A stretch of 64,000 bases of DNA from the human T2T-CHM13v2.0 reference genome, Homo sapiens, in assembly GCF_009914755.1 (NCBI RefSeq), contig NC_060931.1; one strand, written 5' to 3'. Shown here one piece after another: positions 20,431 to 37,707 of the stretch. A program made the translations under genes and the position numbers. The notes under the pieces were generated by a model. It was not told the origin of the DNA. It searched no databases and worked only from the letters and a program-made list of their open reading frames with translations. Position 1 is the stretch's first letter; each line of letters opens with the position of its first letter.

Positions 20431-20708
20431 AATTATGATTTAAAAATCATGCAGGTGGAGGCCTGAACCTCCTTGGATTGCTCCCAGGGATATCATCACT
20501 GTTGTAAAACCTACAATCCGTGCTTGAGATACTTTGCAGACCCTGCAGACACCACCCAGACCAGTAATCTGGCTCAACCAGTTCTGCAATCCCACCCAGG
20601 AGCAGAAGATAGCAAGGAAAATCCACTTTGACCCCCTATGATTTCATTTCTGACCCGACCAATCAGCACTCCTCACTTCCCGACCCTCTACCCATCTAAT
20701 TATCCTTA

Positions 20709-21157
<449 letters not shown>

Positions 21158-21829
21158 ATTAAAAACAAACATTATCAGAAGTTAAACCTGGTAAGGGTTA
21201 AAACTTTGACAGAGACAGTCAATGTAAAACAATAAAAATAAAAAATCTAAAATAGGCAGGAGATCTGGCCTTGGGTCCGGAAACCATCACTGACCGGCTG
21301 GTGTTACTGGGTCTCTAGGGCTTGTTACTTCCATTGGTTAAAATGAGCTTAATTGGAGGAAGTAATTTCTGAGGGCCTAATTAAGCTCTACGATTTTAGA
21401 ATATCTATTATCTACGGAAGCCCAGAAAATTTGCACTGTGGCTTATTCTTTTGTTCATTTATTCGTTCATTTATTTGGTTGGTTAGATTCAAAGGCCTCT
21501 GGGTCTACCTTCCTGGGAAATTTCTAGGATCAACTGCTAATAGCAAATAAAGACATCCACCAACTGAAAAATCAGAGAATGTTTTATGTATAATGTATCC
21601 TAGGAAGGCTCTGTAGAACCAAAACTGTGGTGCCCTAAGAGGCTGGAAGTCCCATTTCTCTCCTAACTGCTTTATGGAACCAGGCCCACCTGCTATCAGG
21701 GCCAGGACTCAGTAAAGAAACTTGGACACCATAGCACAGTGTTAGCCCAGCATCTGCATTCAGACAGTAACACTCTTTCCTTGCTCATTGAAGCCCTTTC
21801 TCTCTCTCTCTCATTCTCTCTCTCTCTCT

Positions 21830-22520
21830 ATTTTATATTTTAAATTTTAGATTCAGGGATACATGTGCATGTTTGTTACATGGGTCTATTGTCTAATGGT
21901 GAAGTTTGGGCTTCCAGTGAACCCATCAGCCAAATATTGAACATTGTTCCCAGTAGGTAATTTTTGATCGTTACCTCCCTCCCACCCTCTCTCCCTTTTG
22001 GAGTCCCTTGTCTCCATTATCTCCATTTTTATGTCCGTTTTACTCATTGTTTGGCTCCCACTAATAAGTGAAAACGTGTGGTATTTGATTTTCTGCTTCT
22101 GAGTTTGTTCACCTAGGATAATGGCCTCCAGCTCCATCCATGTTGCTGCAAAAGAACATAACTTCATTCTTTTTTATGGCTGCATACTGTTCCATGGTGG
22201 ATATGTACCACGTTTTCTTTATCCAATCAACCTTTGATGCACACCTAGGTTGGTTCTGTGACTTTGCTATTGTGAATAGTGCTGCGAAAAAACATACGAT
22301 TGCAGGTGTCTCTTTCATATGGTGATTTCTTTTCTTTTCTTTTGGGTAGATACCCAGTAATGGGATTGCTGGATCCCACTGGATTGAGATAGCTACATAC
22401 TGTTTTCCATAGAGATTAAACTGATTTACATTCCCACTAACAAAATAGAAGTGTTCCCTTTTCTCCACATCCACATCAACATCTGTTGCTTTTTGACTTT
22501 TTAAAGATAGCCATTCTGAC
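21830..22520 (-). mobile_element. L1PB-like 3' end (ORF2 C-terminus plus 3' UTR)
   Basis: Minus-strand ORFs contain DPAIPLLGIYPKE and FAATWMELEAIIL; 3' UTR TACATGTGCATGTTTGTTACATGG. Confidence 0.88.
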
Positions 22521-22914
22521 TTGCGTGTCTTTTGAACTTTTGCGTGTCGGTAATCCCTCCCTAAGCCCTCACTTGTCACTGACCCCAAGTACACGTTAGG
22601 CTATGTTTCTGACCTGCAAAACTGTGTCTTGCACACAATTTCCACTTGTCCTCTTGGCTTCATCTGCTTCTGGTCACTCCAAAGAGCCACCTACCCACTC
22701 AAACCTGAGCTCCCAGGATACCACTTGACTGGAGACTCAGTGGACCTGACCTGGCCCTTACGTTGGTTCCATGACTTTGCTATTGTGAATAGTGCTATTA
22801 TATGAGAGGTATGGAGTTGTTGGACATCAGGAGGGCTTGATGCTTTACCGTGCTTTAGTTTCTTCACTCTGCTTTAGTTTGAACTAAAGATTGAACTAAG
22901 AACTGAAGACTGTA

Positions 22915-23168
22915 GGCCGAGGTGCACAGATCACCCGAGGTCAGGAGTTCAAGACCAGCCTGGCCAACATGGTGAAACTCTGTCTCTATTAAAAATACAA
23001 AAATTAGCCAGATGTGGTGGCAGGCGCCTGTAATCCCAACTACACGTGAGGCTGAGGCAGGAGAATCATTTGAACCCTAGAGGCAGAGGTTGAAGTGAGC
23101 CAAGATGGTGCCACTGCACTCCAGCCTGGGTGACAGAGCAAGACTCTGTCTCAAAAAAAAAAAAAAAA
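22915..23168 (+). mobile_element. Alu, 5' truncated
   Basis: Alu body plus polyA. Confidence 0.92.
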
Positions 23169-24064
23169 TTTTGAAGATCATAATACATCATGTTCATTTG
23201 TCTCAGGATCAAATCTCTAAAATTCACAACTCAGGACTATAAGCCAGTGATTGAAAGTGACAAAGAACAGGAAAGGAGGTGGGAAGGGGAAGGAAGAAGG
23301 GGAGGACTTGACAAATCCTAAGAATTAGCAAACATCCAGAAACTTAATCTGTTACCATTGGTACCAAAAGAGGCAGCTGAGATCCATTAAATTTACTGAA
23401 ACTTGAGATCAGTCATTTTGTAGAAAATACTTTAGATAAAATTAATTCAATCTGCAATTCTGAGTTTTAAACAGTAATAATGATTCCCTTGGCTAAAACG
23501 TTGGGCTTTAGTAGGGGATAGTAACTTTCTTATTACTAAGCACAGTGTCCTCCCAAGAGTTCTGACTTAAACCCTGTAGTCGAGCCAAGACATCTGGCAA
23601 TTTCAAAAATTGAACTTGATCTTTAACAAATATAGATACAAATGTGAAGGACTTAAAAACCGCTCTTTAGAATGAGCTTTAATGGGCTGCGTTGCCTTTT
23701 AGAAACATTTTCTAATGAGCCTTCGGACACGAAATGATTCCAATTTGTGATGCATTGGAAGAAAAACCAAGAGGAGAAATTGCATTTGCTTTTCCCCACT
23801 GGGTTGTTAAGGGCTCCAGATTGACAAGCTTCATAGGCTCAATTGTGGGCAAGGCTCTCCAAGTTCAACTCCCTCTCTCGCAGGAGCTGGCACTGGGAAG
23901 GACTGAGTACAATGGAGCCCTTCAGATCTGATACAGACCAGCGATCCACAGACGGCCGGGTAGCAAATGGAGATGGCAGCCAGTCAGTGCCGGGCACCGT
24001 GCTCATCACTGGCTGGGTGCAAAGAGAGAGGGAGAGAATGCAGAGATGAAAAAGACACAGGACA

Positions 24065-24400
24065 GGCTGGGCGTGGTGGCTTATGCCTGTAATCCCAGCA
24101 CTTTGGGAGGCTGAGGCGGGCAGATCATGAGGTCAGGAGATCAAGACTATCCTGGCTAACATGGTAAAACCCCATCTCTACTAAAAATATGGAAAATTAG
24201 CCGGGTGTGGTGGCACATGCCTATAGTCCCAGCTAGTCTATTTAGGAGGCTGAGGCACAAGAATCGGTTGAACCCAGGAGGCGGAGGTTGCAGTGAGCTG
24301 AGATCACGCCACTGTACTTCAGCCTGGGCGACAGGGTAAGACTCCGTCTCAAAAAAAAAAAAAAACCATGAAAAAAAAAACCAAAAAAAAAAAAAGAAAA
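24065..24400 (+). mobile_element. Alu (AluSc-like)
   Basis: TSD GAAAAAGACACAGGA. Confidence 0.95.
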
Positions 24401-24418
24401 AGAAAAAGACACAGGATA

Positions 24419-24655
24419 TCCAGCCTAGGCACCATAGCAGGACTCCATCTCTGCAAAAAAAAAAAAAAAAAAAAAAACTAACAGCGCATGGTGGTGCATG
24501 CCTGTGGTCTCAGCTGCTCTGGAGCTGAGGCAGGAAGATCACTTGAGCACAGGAGTTCAAGGCTGCAGTGAGCTATAATCGCACCACTGCACTCCAGACT
24601 GGATGACAGAGCTGGACTCTGTTTCTAGAAAAAAAAAAAGAAAGAAAGAAAAGAA
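24419..24655 (+). mobile_element. AluJ-like, 5' truncated
   Basis: GGAGTTCAAGGCTGCAGTGAGCTATAATCG. Confidence 0.88.
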
Positions 24656-25140
24656 AAAACACAGAATTCATTCATAAATAGGGTCCTATCACACACGCTC
24701 AGATTTATGTACGTATTATGGGTATATAAATGGGCCAGAACTGGATAGTGCACCCTACTTTCCAAAAGTCAGCCTTCCATTTACTCTACATTTCATGGAG
24801 GATTGGGCTTCCTCCAAGTAGAGAAGGAGGCCTCTGAACTTGCAAACTTCACTTCCCTTCCTAACCTCCCTCAGATGTCTCTGACTATGAATATGCACCC
24901 ACGCATTTCCTGAGTTTCTCAGGGAGTCTCAGACACTGACGTGACAGCCTGTGCATCGGATTCCTATTTAGCAAATACACCTAGTTGGCGCCAATGTCTT
25001 AACCTTTACCTCCTTCCAGATCTTGGTGCAAACTTACACTGGGAAGAGTAGACTCTAAGCTTGCTATATGAGCTTTTCCATGAGTCACCAAAATTTAGAG
25101 AGACCCAATATATAATAAGGTGATTTTAAAATTCCCAGCA

Positions 25141-25405
25141 GGTCTGGTGCAGTGGCTCATGTCCGTAATCCCAGCACTTTTGGGAGGCTGAGGCACTTGA
25201 GGTCAAAACTTTCAGACCATTCTGGGCAACATAGCAAGACCCCATCTCTACAAAAAATAAAAAATTAGCCAGGTATGGTGGCATGCATCTGTAGTCCCAG
25301 CTACTCAAGAGGCTGAGACAGTAGGATCACTTGAGCCCAGGAGGTAGAGGCTGCCATGAGCTATGATTGCACCTCTGCCCTCCAGCCTGGGTGACAGAGT
25401 AAGAC

Positions 25406-25409
<4 letters not shown>
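25141..25409 (+). mobile_element. AluJ-like
   Basis: Dimer ending in (TG)n. Confidence 0.9.

Positions 25410-25443
<34 letters not shown>
25408..25443 (+). repeat. (TG)18 microsatellite
   Basis: Directly counted. Confidence 0.95.
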
Positions 25444-25451
<8 letters not shown>

Positions 25452-25618
25452 AATATATAAAAATCAGTGATCACATTCTGGGCAAAGTTCCAGTCTCTTT
25501 CTCTTTTGCTCTCCAGTTATTTCAAGAACTGTAGTTAGGAGCCCATCACTGGCCACAGGCCAGGCACTTAAGTGACTACTTGAGATGGAGATAGTCAAAG
25601 AATAAAGATCAAGGAAAG

Positions 25619-26176
<558 letters not shown>

Positions 26177-26484
26177 TCACTCCTTAGCCAAAAGCCCTAT
26201 TCAGGCCACAGCCTGTCAAACTGCAGGCAATGGCCCTGTGCCAGGAAATGGTTTCCCTTCTCAGCTTCTCCCTGGGCGTTTATCTGCTTCTGCTAAGTCC
26301 ATTGGTAAGATGCCTCCAGTTTTCAAAATGACCTGGGCCTCTATTCATCAGCACCCTATTACCCCCCGAGCATGCCTACTTGGACTTCCACAGAAACCAT
26401 CCTCACTCTTGAGCAATACCATCATGCTGCCTTCCTTCCAGTACCTCTGAGAGGCTAATATTCAGCATTCTGGAAAGATTGTTA

Positions 26485-26818
<334 letters not shown>

Positions 26819-27088
26819 AGAAGGAAGGAGGGAAGGAAGGAAGGAAGGAAGGAAGGAAGGAAGGAAGGAAGGAAGGAAGGAAGGAAGGAAGGACGGCAGG
26901 AAGGGAGGGAGGGAGGAAGGGAGGGAAGGAGAGAGAGAAACAAGAAGGAAGGAGAAAGAAAGAAAAAGAAAGAAGGAAAGAAAGAAAGAAAGAAAGAACA
27001 GAAAGAAAGAAAGGAAGAGAAAGGAAGGAAGGAAAGGAGGCAGGGAGGGAGGGAGGAAAGAAGGTAAAGAAAGAAAGAAAGAAAAAAG
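26819..27088 (+). repeat. GA-rich tail containing (GGAA)15 at 26831-26890
   Basis: Directly counted. Confidence 0.95.
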
Positions 27089-27467
27089 AATCTTGTGCTG
27101 CAATCTGCAACCAGGCTGTCTAAATTACAACTCATGCTCCACCCCTTTCTTAGTTATATAAGCTTGAGCAAGTTTCTTAAGCTCTTTGTGTCTCTATTAC
27201 ATCCCCTGTGAAAAGAGGATTTTAATGTTAATATCACAGGGTTGTTGGGAGGATTAACTGAGTCAGCAAATGGAAGCAGTACCTGCTCCAGGCAATATTT
27301 AGTTAGCACTTGCTATGTGCTAAATACTAGCTGTTATTACTATTTGAGTTTCTCCAATGAAAGATGTTCTATAATGAGATATTTACAGTCCAAGATGCCC
27401 TACTGTGTGCCTTCAATATGTCTGTGTGATCAAATATTGTTCAAAATGAGGTTTTAAAAAGCCACAA

Positions 27468-27802
<335 letters not shown>

Positions 27803-28308
27803 TAGTGCTGGGAGTAAACTCATGCATAAACAGGGTCCTATCACACATGCATATATTTACGTATGTATTATGGGTACATAAATGGGACTATACTTCATGT
27901 GCTGTGAAAGTTCCTTTAAAACTCTTTAAGCCTCATCCACCTTATTTGTAAAATGAACAAATAATTATACAAGATGATACATCTAACATGTCTACCAGTT
28001 CTCTCCCTCTTGTTTCTAGTTTTCAGCACAAACTCCTACTCTCCCTTGACCCTTACCATTCTGCTGTTCTTCTCGCTCTCCTATGTCTTCCCAAAATGTT
28101 AGGGCAAAAATTGAAGAAAATTAAAAAAAAAAAAAAACTGTCCATGATTCTCCTCCTAGGGATGGCAACTAAAAATACCGTGCTTTGTATTGTCTTGCTT
28201 GAGCAAGGTAGGGCTGGTCCCCTCTGAATCTTGGTTTAGTATCCTACGGAATGGAGATAGAGAGGAATCTGCACACCAGCCTGGAAGGAGTTTCAGGAGT
28301 TTGTGTGG

Positions 28309-29293
<985 letters not shown>

Positions 29294-30384
29294 GGGTTTC
29301 AGGAGTTTTAAATGAGATTATGCAGATCTGAGTGCCTGGTATTGCATGTGATAAACGTTTGTTCTTTCTGAGCCATGGTGCTGCTTAGAAGCGTGATCCA
29401 AATAAGTTATATTTTATTCCACAACTCAGCAAACCTCAGCCTGTGCATAAACCTTTCCTGTTCAGTGTGATTTTTCTGCCTGACTTCCCTCTTCTGTCCT
29501 TTCTGTACCACCCTGTGTTTTGCTGATGGCCAATCAATGGCCCATTTTTCTTAAACAGCCTACACTTGGTATTTTACTACCGACCATGAGGGCCCCCGCC
29601 TTTTAATTACTCCTGCTGAGCCCAGCACTATATATAACACTAATGTTTCTGGGACTGCCAGCAATTAAAACCAAAAATAAATAACACATTACAAGCTGCA
29701 AACCAAGCTAGGCTCGGGTAACGCTATGGATGGATAGGAGGCTTTTTGTTTTTAATTGCTCGAGTTTCTCCAGGCCCCACTAAATGTAAACACCTGACAA
29801 GCAGCTGTTTGCCAGGGGATGGAGCAGAGGAAGGCTTGACTGAAATCTCTTCTCTGATGCTCTGTCTCTTGTTCTGGGCCCCCAGGGAGCTGACTGACAT
29901 TCCCCTGCCTCAGTGTTACTCTCTGCAAAAGGGAGATGTTCGAGAACAAAGCCGACGGTAGACACGCATGTTTATGAACATGTTGCTCTTGGTCATGTAT
30001 CGAATTGGAACAAGCTTTATTGATTTTTGCTGTTGTTTTTGTTTTTCTAGCTTGAAAAAAAAAAAGACATGGAAAGAGCAGTTTCGATGAATACTTATCT
30101 TATTTCATTTAGTGAACGTGTGAGGTTAATACTGGAGGTTGTCCACAACCAGGGACTACCATTATAACATCCAATTGTTAAAGCCCAACTTGGAAAATTA
30201 ACTTTATTTATTTTTTTCTGAAGGAAGTACTTGGGTAGTACCCATGTTACAGTGTTGGCTGAGCTTAGGACAGCTCCAAGTCATGGGATGCATAAATACA
30301 GGTGGGCCAGGAAGGACCTTGTGTCTCATCCATTCCCTTGCCCACTCCATAGCCCCCTTGAAGGAGCTCTGATTTTTCTTTTTA

Positions 30385-30822
<438 letters not shown>

Positions 30823-31239
30823 GAAAAGATCAAGAATGGCTCTCCTTTGTGGAGCTCCTGGGTGCCTCCTTAGAAGTCCTTCTCAGCACCAAGAGACATG
30901 TGGCCTCCAAGGCAACCTCCCCTCCACCCCAACTCTGAGCAGCCACCTGCTAATGACTGAGTGTGTAAACGGGTATGCACTGCCACCCATTGAAGCAGCT
31001 CTCAGCACCTGCCTAGCCGGCAGATGGCTGCGGTGTGGTTGAGTCTCCTCGCAACTCCCAGTCTTACTGCCTAGACTGCCAAGAAATGCAAGATGGAAAA
31101 TTCGAACACACCAGGGCAAATCCACATGCACTTTCCTTAGCACTTTCCTTTACCCATGGGTGTTAGCGGCTTTGCTGCAGGCAAAAGCAACTCTCTTGAA
31201 AGCAACAAATAATGAGCCTTGACAGCAGCATGGAGCGAG

Positions 31240-31250
31240 TGCTGACTCAT
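31240..31250 (+). promoter_or_regulatory. NF-E2/MARE/AP-1 consensus site TGCTGACTCAT in unique DNA
   Basis: Exact match to TGCTGA(G/C)TCA(T/C); motif only, occupancy unknown. Confidence 0.3.
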
Positions 31251-32346
31251 GAATGTCATCATTGTTCTCTCCTGCTATGGGCATTAGTCCATATTCAGCC
31301 CTAAGCCAGAATGTCTGCATAGAGAACAAAGCTGATTATCTCTACAGCCGCTTGATTCTAGACATGTTGCTAATGCAGGTAAACAAGTGCAAGGCCAGGT
31401 CTCATTGTTGGGGAAGAAACACCCCAGGATAAATCCAAGAGGGTCGGTGGTTACATTCTCCATTTGTTCCCATTGCCCGTTGCTTCTTCTCAATGGTTCC
31501 CTGCAAAAGGAAGGAGCTCATGAATGGCTTTTGGTTCTGTGAGAAGTACCAGCCTGCCTCATTCATTAAGCTCAAGAATCATCATATGTTAACCACCAAC
31601 AAGCCAAAAAAAAAAAAAAAAAAAAAAGTACTAGCTCCCTCCTCGAACTTCAACATTGCTCACCCTTCCCCGGCACCTGTCAAAGCTCTGGGCACCAGCC
31701 TCCCTGATGGGCAGGGGGCACGTTGTCAGCAGCCCAGCTGTCTGGCACAGCCCAGCTGGAAGCTGAGACTCCATTGCCTCTCCATCCCTTTTCAAATCAC
31801 ATCCATCAAGACCTTTTTCTCCCCCTGTCAGGTTCCTGGCCTCCACCTACACCCGCAGCACACCCTCTGATTGGCCCGCTTTCCTTGAACAAATGTTTTA
31901 TTTCTCGCATCGATGGGTATCTTGGCACTACAGCCCCTATTATACACTGGATTGAACACTATACCCATTTAATGTGAGGGGTAATCATTTTTCTCTCGCA
32001 AATATGGAGCAGAGATTGTTAAGGTTTTCACTCACTGCTCATGGTGCGATTAGATATTTTGGCCTCTGAGACAAGTGTTAGAAAAGGCCAGAGGAGAACA
32101 GATGAATGTTCCATTCGAGTGCAAAGATGGTAAAGGAGGTGTGTGACCCATGGGGAGAAAATGAAGACCCTGCCTGCCCTTTTCTGCAGGGTGAGCAAAT
32201 TCAGATGCCTCCAGGGCTAGACAGATCATACAAAGGTGAAAAACTACCCTTGTAAAAATCACAAGGAGGGAGTAGTGGGGCTTCCTCCCTGTGGGAAGGG
32301 CACACCTGTCCAAAGGGCATTCAAATTTAAATTGAAAAATAATTGC

Positions 32347-32950
<604 letters not shown>

Positions 32951-33143
32951 TTTTACTCTGACACTTCACTTTCACTAGGCAGGCAGTAATCACTGAGGAT
33001 TCATCCCCCAACAAACCAGGTAAATCAGGTAAATGAACCTCTTATAAATGCATTCAGTTGCCTGAAGTAGATAATTTAGGAATATTCAGTCAGTGAAGGA
33101 GTCTCACTAGAGACTAGAGTCTAATAATCCTCAGTAAAAAAAA

Positions 33144-33145
<2 letters not shown>

Positions 33146-33187
<42 letters not shown>
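33146..33187 (+). repeat. (GT)21 microsatellite (Alu tail)
   Basis: Directly counted. Confidence 0.95.
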
Positions 33188-33188
<1 letters not shown>

Positions 33189-33189
<1 letters not shown>

Positions 33190-33475
33190 TTTTAGACATA
33201 AGATCTCACTCTGCCAGCCAGGCTGGAGTACAATTATCATAGCTCACTGCAGCCTCAACCTCCTGGGCTCAGGCAATCTTCCTGTCTCAGCCTCCCAAGT
33301 AGCTAGGACTACGGGTGTGCACCACCACACCCAGCTCATTTTTAAATTTTTTTGGTAGAAGCGGAATCTCGCTATGTTTCCCAGGCTGGTCTGGAACTCC
33401 TAGCCTCAAGCAATCCTCCTGCCTTGCCCTCCCAAAAATGCTGGTATTTATAGGTGTGAGCCACCATACCCAGCC
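33189..33475 (-). mobile_element. AluJ-like
   Basis: Reverse Alu; ATAGCTCACTGCAGCCTCAACCTCCTGGGCTCA. Confidence 0.92.
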
Positions 33476-33564
33476 AAAAAATTCTTCCTCAAGTAAAAGA
33501 ACTTGAGAATAGGTAGTTGAGGCCTGTCGTGCAGTCAGTCATTCATTCACAAGCTCTTGTTAAG

Positions 33565-34370
<806 letters not shown>

Positions 34371-34424
34371 CCTCCTAGGTTCCAGACACCATCACTTCAA
34401 ATTTGCTCTCTTCTTGATCTTTCA

Positions 34425-34673
34425 ACTTATTTTTTAAAAATGTAATGATACATAATAGATGTACATATTTTGGGAGTGTATGCGGTAATTTAATACATTC
34501 ATATAATTTTTAAAGCTCAGATCAGTGTAAATGGTATATTCATCATCTTAAATATTTGTCTTTTCTTTATGCTAGAAACATTCAAATTGTTCTCTTTTAG
34601 CTATTTTGAAATATACAATAGATTACTGTAAACTACAATTACCTTACTGATCTGTCAAATACTAGGTCTTATT
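34425..34673 (-). mobile_element. L1MA-type 3' end
   Basis: GATACATAATAGATGTACATATTTTGGG..CTATTTTGAAATATACAATA..AAATACTAGGTCTTATT. Confidence 0.8.
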
Positions 34674-35509
34674 GGGTCCTTGAACTCCTAGCCCCAGAAT
34701 TTGTTATAGGCAATTCAGACTGGTGTTCTGATTTCACTCAGATCACAGAAGTACGAGGAATATCTTTTCTTTATCCATGCATAAACATTGATCGGATGAC
34801 TTTTAAAATCATCTAATTGCTAATTGCACATCTGCTTAGAAGTGTCCTTTGTCCGATATTTCCTCAGAGCAGCTGCACGGGAACCTGAGCTGTAATTTCT
34901 CTAACACATCCATCAACATTTACACCCAGCTCTATACCACCTACAGAAATGCTTGTAGCACTTAAAACCACAGCTGGTTTTCAGCACTCACACTGTAATT
35001 CCCCCAATTAACAAGGCTTAAAAAATCATTCCAGAGTGGACCGGGAACTATGTAAGCCACAGATATAACAGTGATTATACCTGGCCCTTCTGGGTGGCTC
35101 TCACCCCAGCCACAGGAATCGCTTTGCAAATGCTAATTAGTTATATTCAACTGGGGGCTGCCCCATGCAGAATGTGGCAGTCATTGGAAACTAGAAGAGA
35201 GGAAGCCCTGAGTCACATTCTCAATTGAACAGGAAAGTCAATCGTTCAGAGCCCAGCTGACTGCATGGAGTGTGCCAGAGAACAAAATGAGGCAACAGAG
35301 GTGTAGAAGTTGCAGGTACCGAGGGGAAAAGAATGCAGTAATATTGGCCAAAGGGCTCCTGAAATTAATCCAGAGGCGGAACAATTGGAACGATCTCTGT
35401 TGAAGTTATGATTGGGTAGAAAAGAGCTGAACCAGCATCTCTCCAAACTGACTGCCTTGCACCTGGGTTAGGTTTGCCACACCTCTTGACCTTAACACCA
35501 AGGTGCTCA

Positions 35510-36067
35510 TGTTACCAGCGGAGGGTGTCCAGGTTCTTGGCGCTTTGAACAAAGAACTGGATAAAACACACAAACAAAGCCAGGAAAGAATGATGCAACA
35601 AAAGCAGAGATTTATTGAAAATGAAAGCACACTCCACAGCGCAGAAACAGGCACAGCAAGCCGCTCAAGGGCCCAGTTACAGAATTTCCCAGGGTTTAAA
35701 TCCCCTCTAGAGGTTTCCCATTGGTTACTTGGTACACACCCTGTGTAAATGAAGTAGTGGCTGCCCATCAGTCTGATTGGTTGCAGAAAGCAACCAATCA
35801 GAGGCTGAAGTGAAGTTGCAAAGTTATACTCTCCCGCAAATGAAGACTTGGCCCACGATCAGCCTGATTGGTTGTAGGAGGGGACCAACTGGAGGTGCTT
35901 TCAGTTTTTCAATTGCCATGCAGAAAAGGAGTGGCAAGGAGTGGCGAGGGCCAGTCCTTTTGTTACTTGGGCATGGAAAGTTGGGGATTTCCTTCTGATT
36001 TAGTTCTAGGAAGTCAGTGTGAATTGGCCTTAGGTTCCCTGTTTCCAGACCCTATTCTCCTGCCTCA
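35510..36067 (-). mobile_element. ERV1 solo LTR (MER51-like), complete
   Basis: TGTTACC..CTATTCTCCTGCCTCA termini; several CCAAT boxes; imperfect 4-bp TSD CTCA/GTCA. Confidence 0.8.
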
Positions 36068-36184
36068 GTCATTTAATGAATCTCCCTACCTCTGGCCTCT
36101 CCCTCCTCCAAGTAAATACACTCACTGCTATCAATCTTCCTAGATCACAGTTTCACTCAGGTAATTATTCATTAAGAATCTCTA

Positions 36185-36544
<360 letters not shown>

Positions 36545-36550
36545 TTAATA

Positions 36551-36768
36551 TAGGGGTGAGGGCAAAAACCAGCCTGCTACTAATGAAGTTTTATAGGAAC
36601 ACAGCCATAGTCATTCATTTGCATAGGATCTATGGTACATCAGTGGGGGAGTTGGGTAAGCAGAGATCATATTTGACCTACAAAGCATAAAGTAGTTACC
36701 AAATGGCCCTTTAAAAGCATAAAATAGTTACTATGTGGCCCTTTAAAGAAAAAGTTTGCCAACCCCTG
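36551..36768 (+). mobile_element. MER58A-like hAT MITE
   Basis: AAGTTTTATAGGAACACAGCCAT..TGGCCCTTTAAAGAAAAAGTTTGCCAACCCCTG. Confidence 0.7.
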
Positions 36769-37173
36769 GTTTATGGCAATGCTTTCAACACTTTTCCTCC
36801 AAAGCAGTTCTAACAGAAAAGGATATTCATTGACTTCTTACAAGTGCAAAAATACTTTGAAGTCTCCTGGTTTTTCTTAAAATCACATGACTTTTGCACA
36901 ACCATGCCTTTGTCTTTGCATAAAAATCACAGCTATTGTGTTTGTCCCAAATCTAGAGGTGAAACTGACGACCCAAGAAAATGTATGATGGATGGTTAGT
37001 TATTTTGTGCTCCAAACTAAGAAGGATTACCCTATGGGTTAAATTCCAACCTTTCAGGCTAGTATATGAGGGTCTGCACTGTTGGTAACCTAGGAGATTG
37101 AATGGAAATTGATTTAATCACAGTCCAGTTAGGAAAACAAGCCACTCCAAGTATTAGAAAAAGAGGGAATTTT

Positions 37174-37453
<280 letters not shown>

Positions 37454-37487
37454 AGAAGGAAGGAAGGAAGGAAGGAAAGAAGGAAGG

Positions 37488-37562
<75 letters not shown>

Positions 37563-37707
37563 AAAAGAAAAAGAAAGAAAGAAAGAAGGAAAGAAAGGAA
37601 GGAAGGAAGGAAGAGGAGGGGAGGGGGGAATGGGAAGGGGAAGGGGAAGCGAAGGGGAGGGGAAGGGGAGGGGAAGAGAGGGGGAGGGGAAGGGAAGGGG
37701 AAGGGAG
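37454..37707 (+). repeat. ~250-nt polypurine tract: GGAA, (GAAA)~19, then GGGGA runs
   Basis: Only two pyrimidines seen in the tract. Confidence 0.95.
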
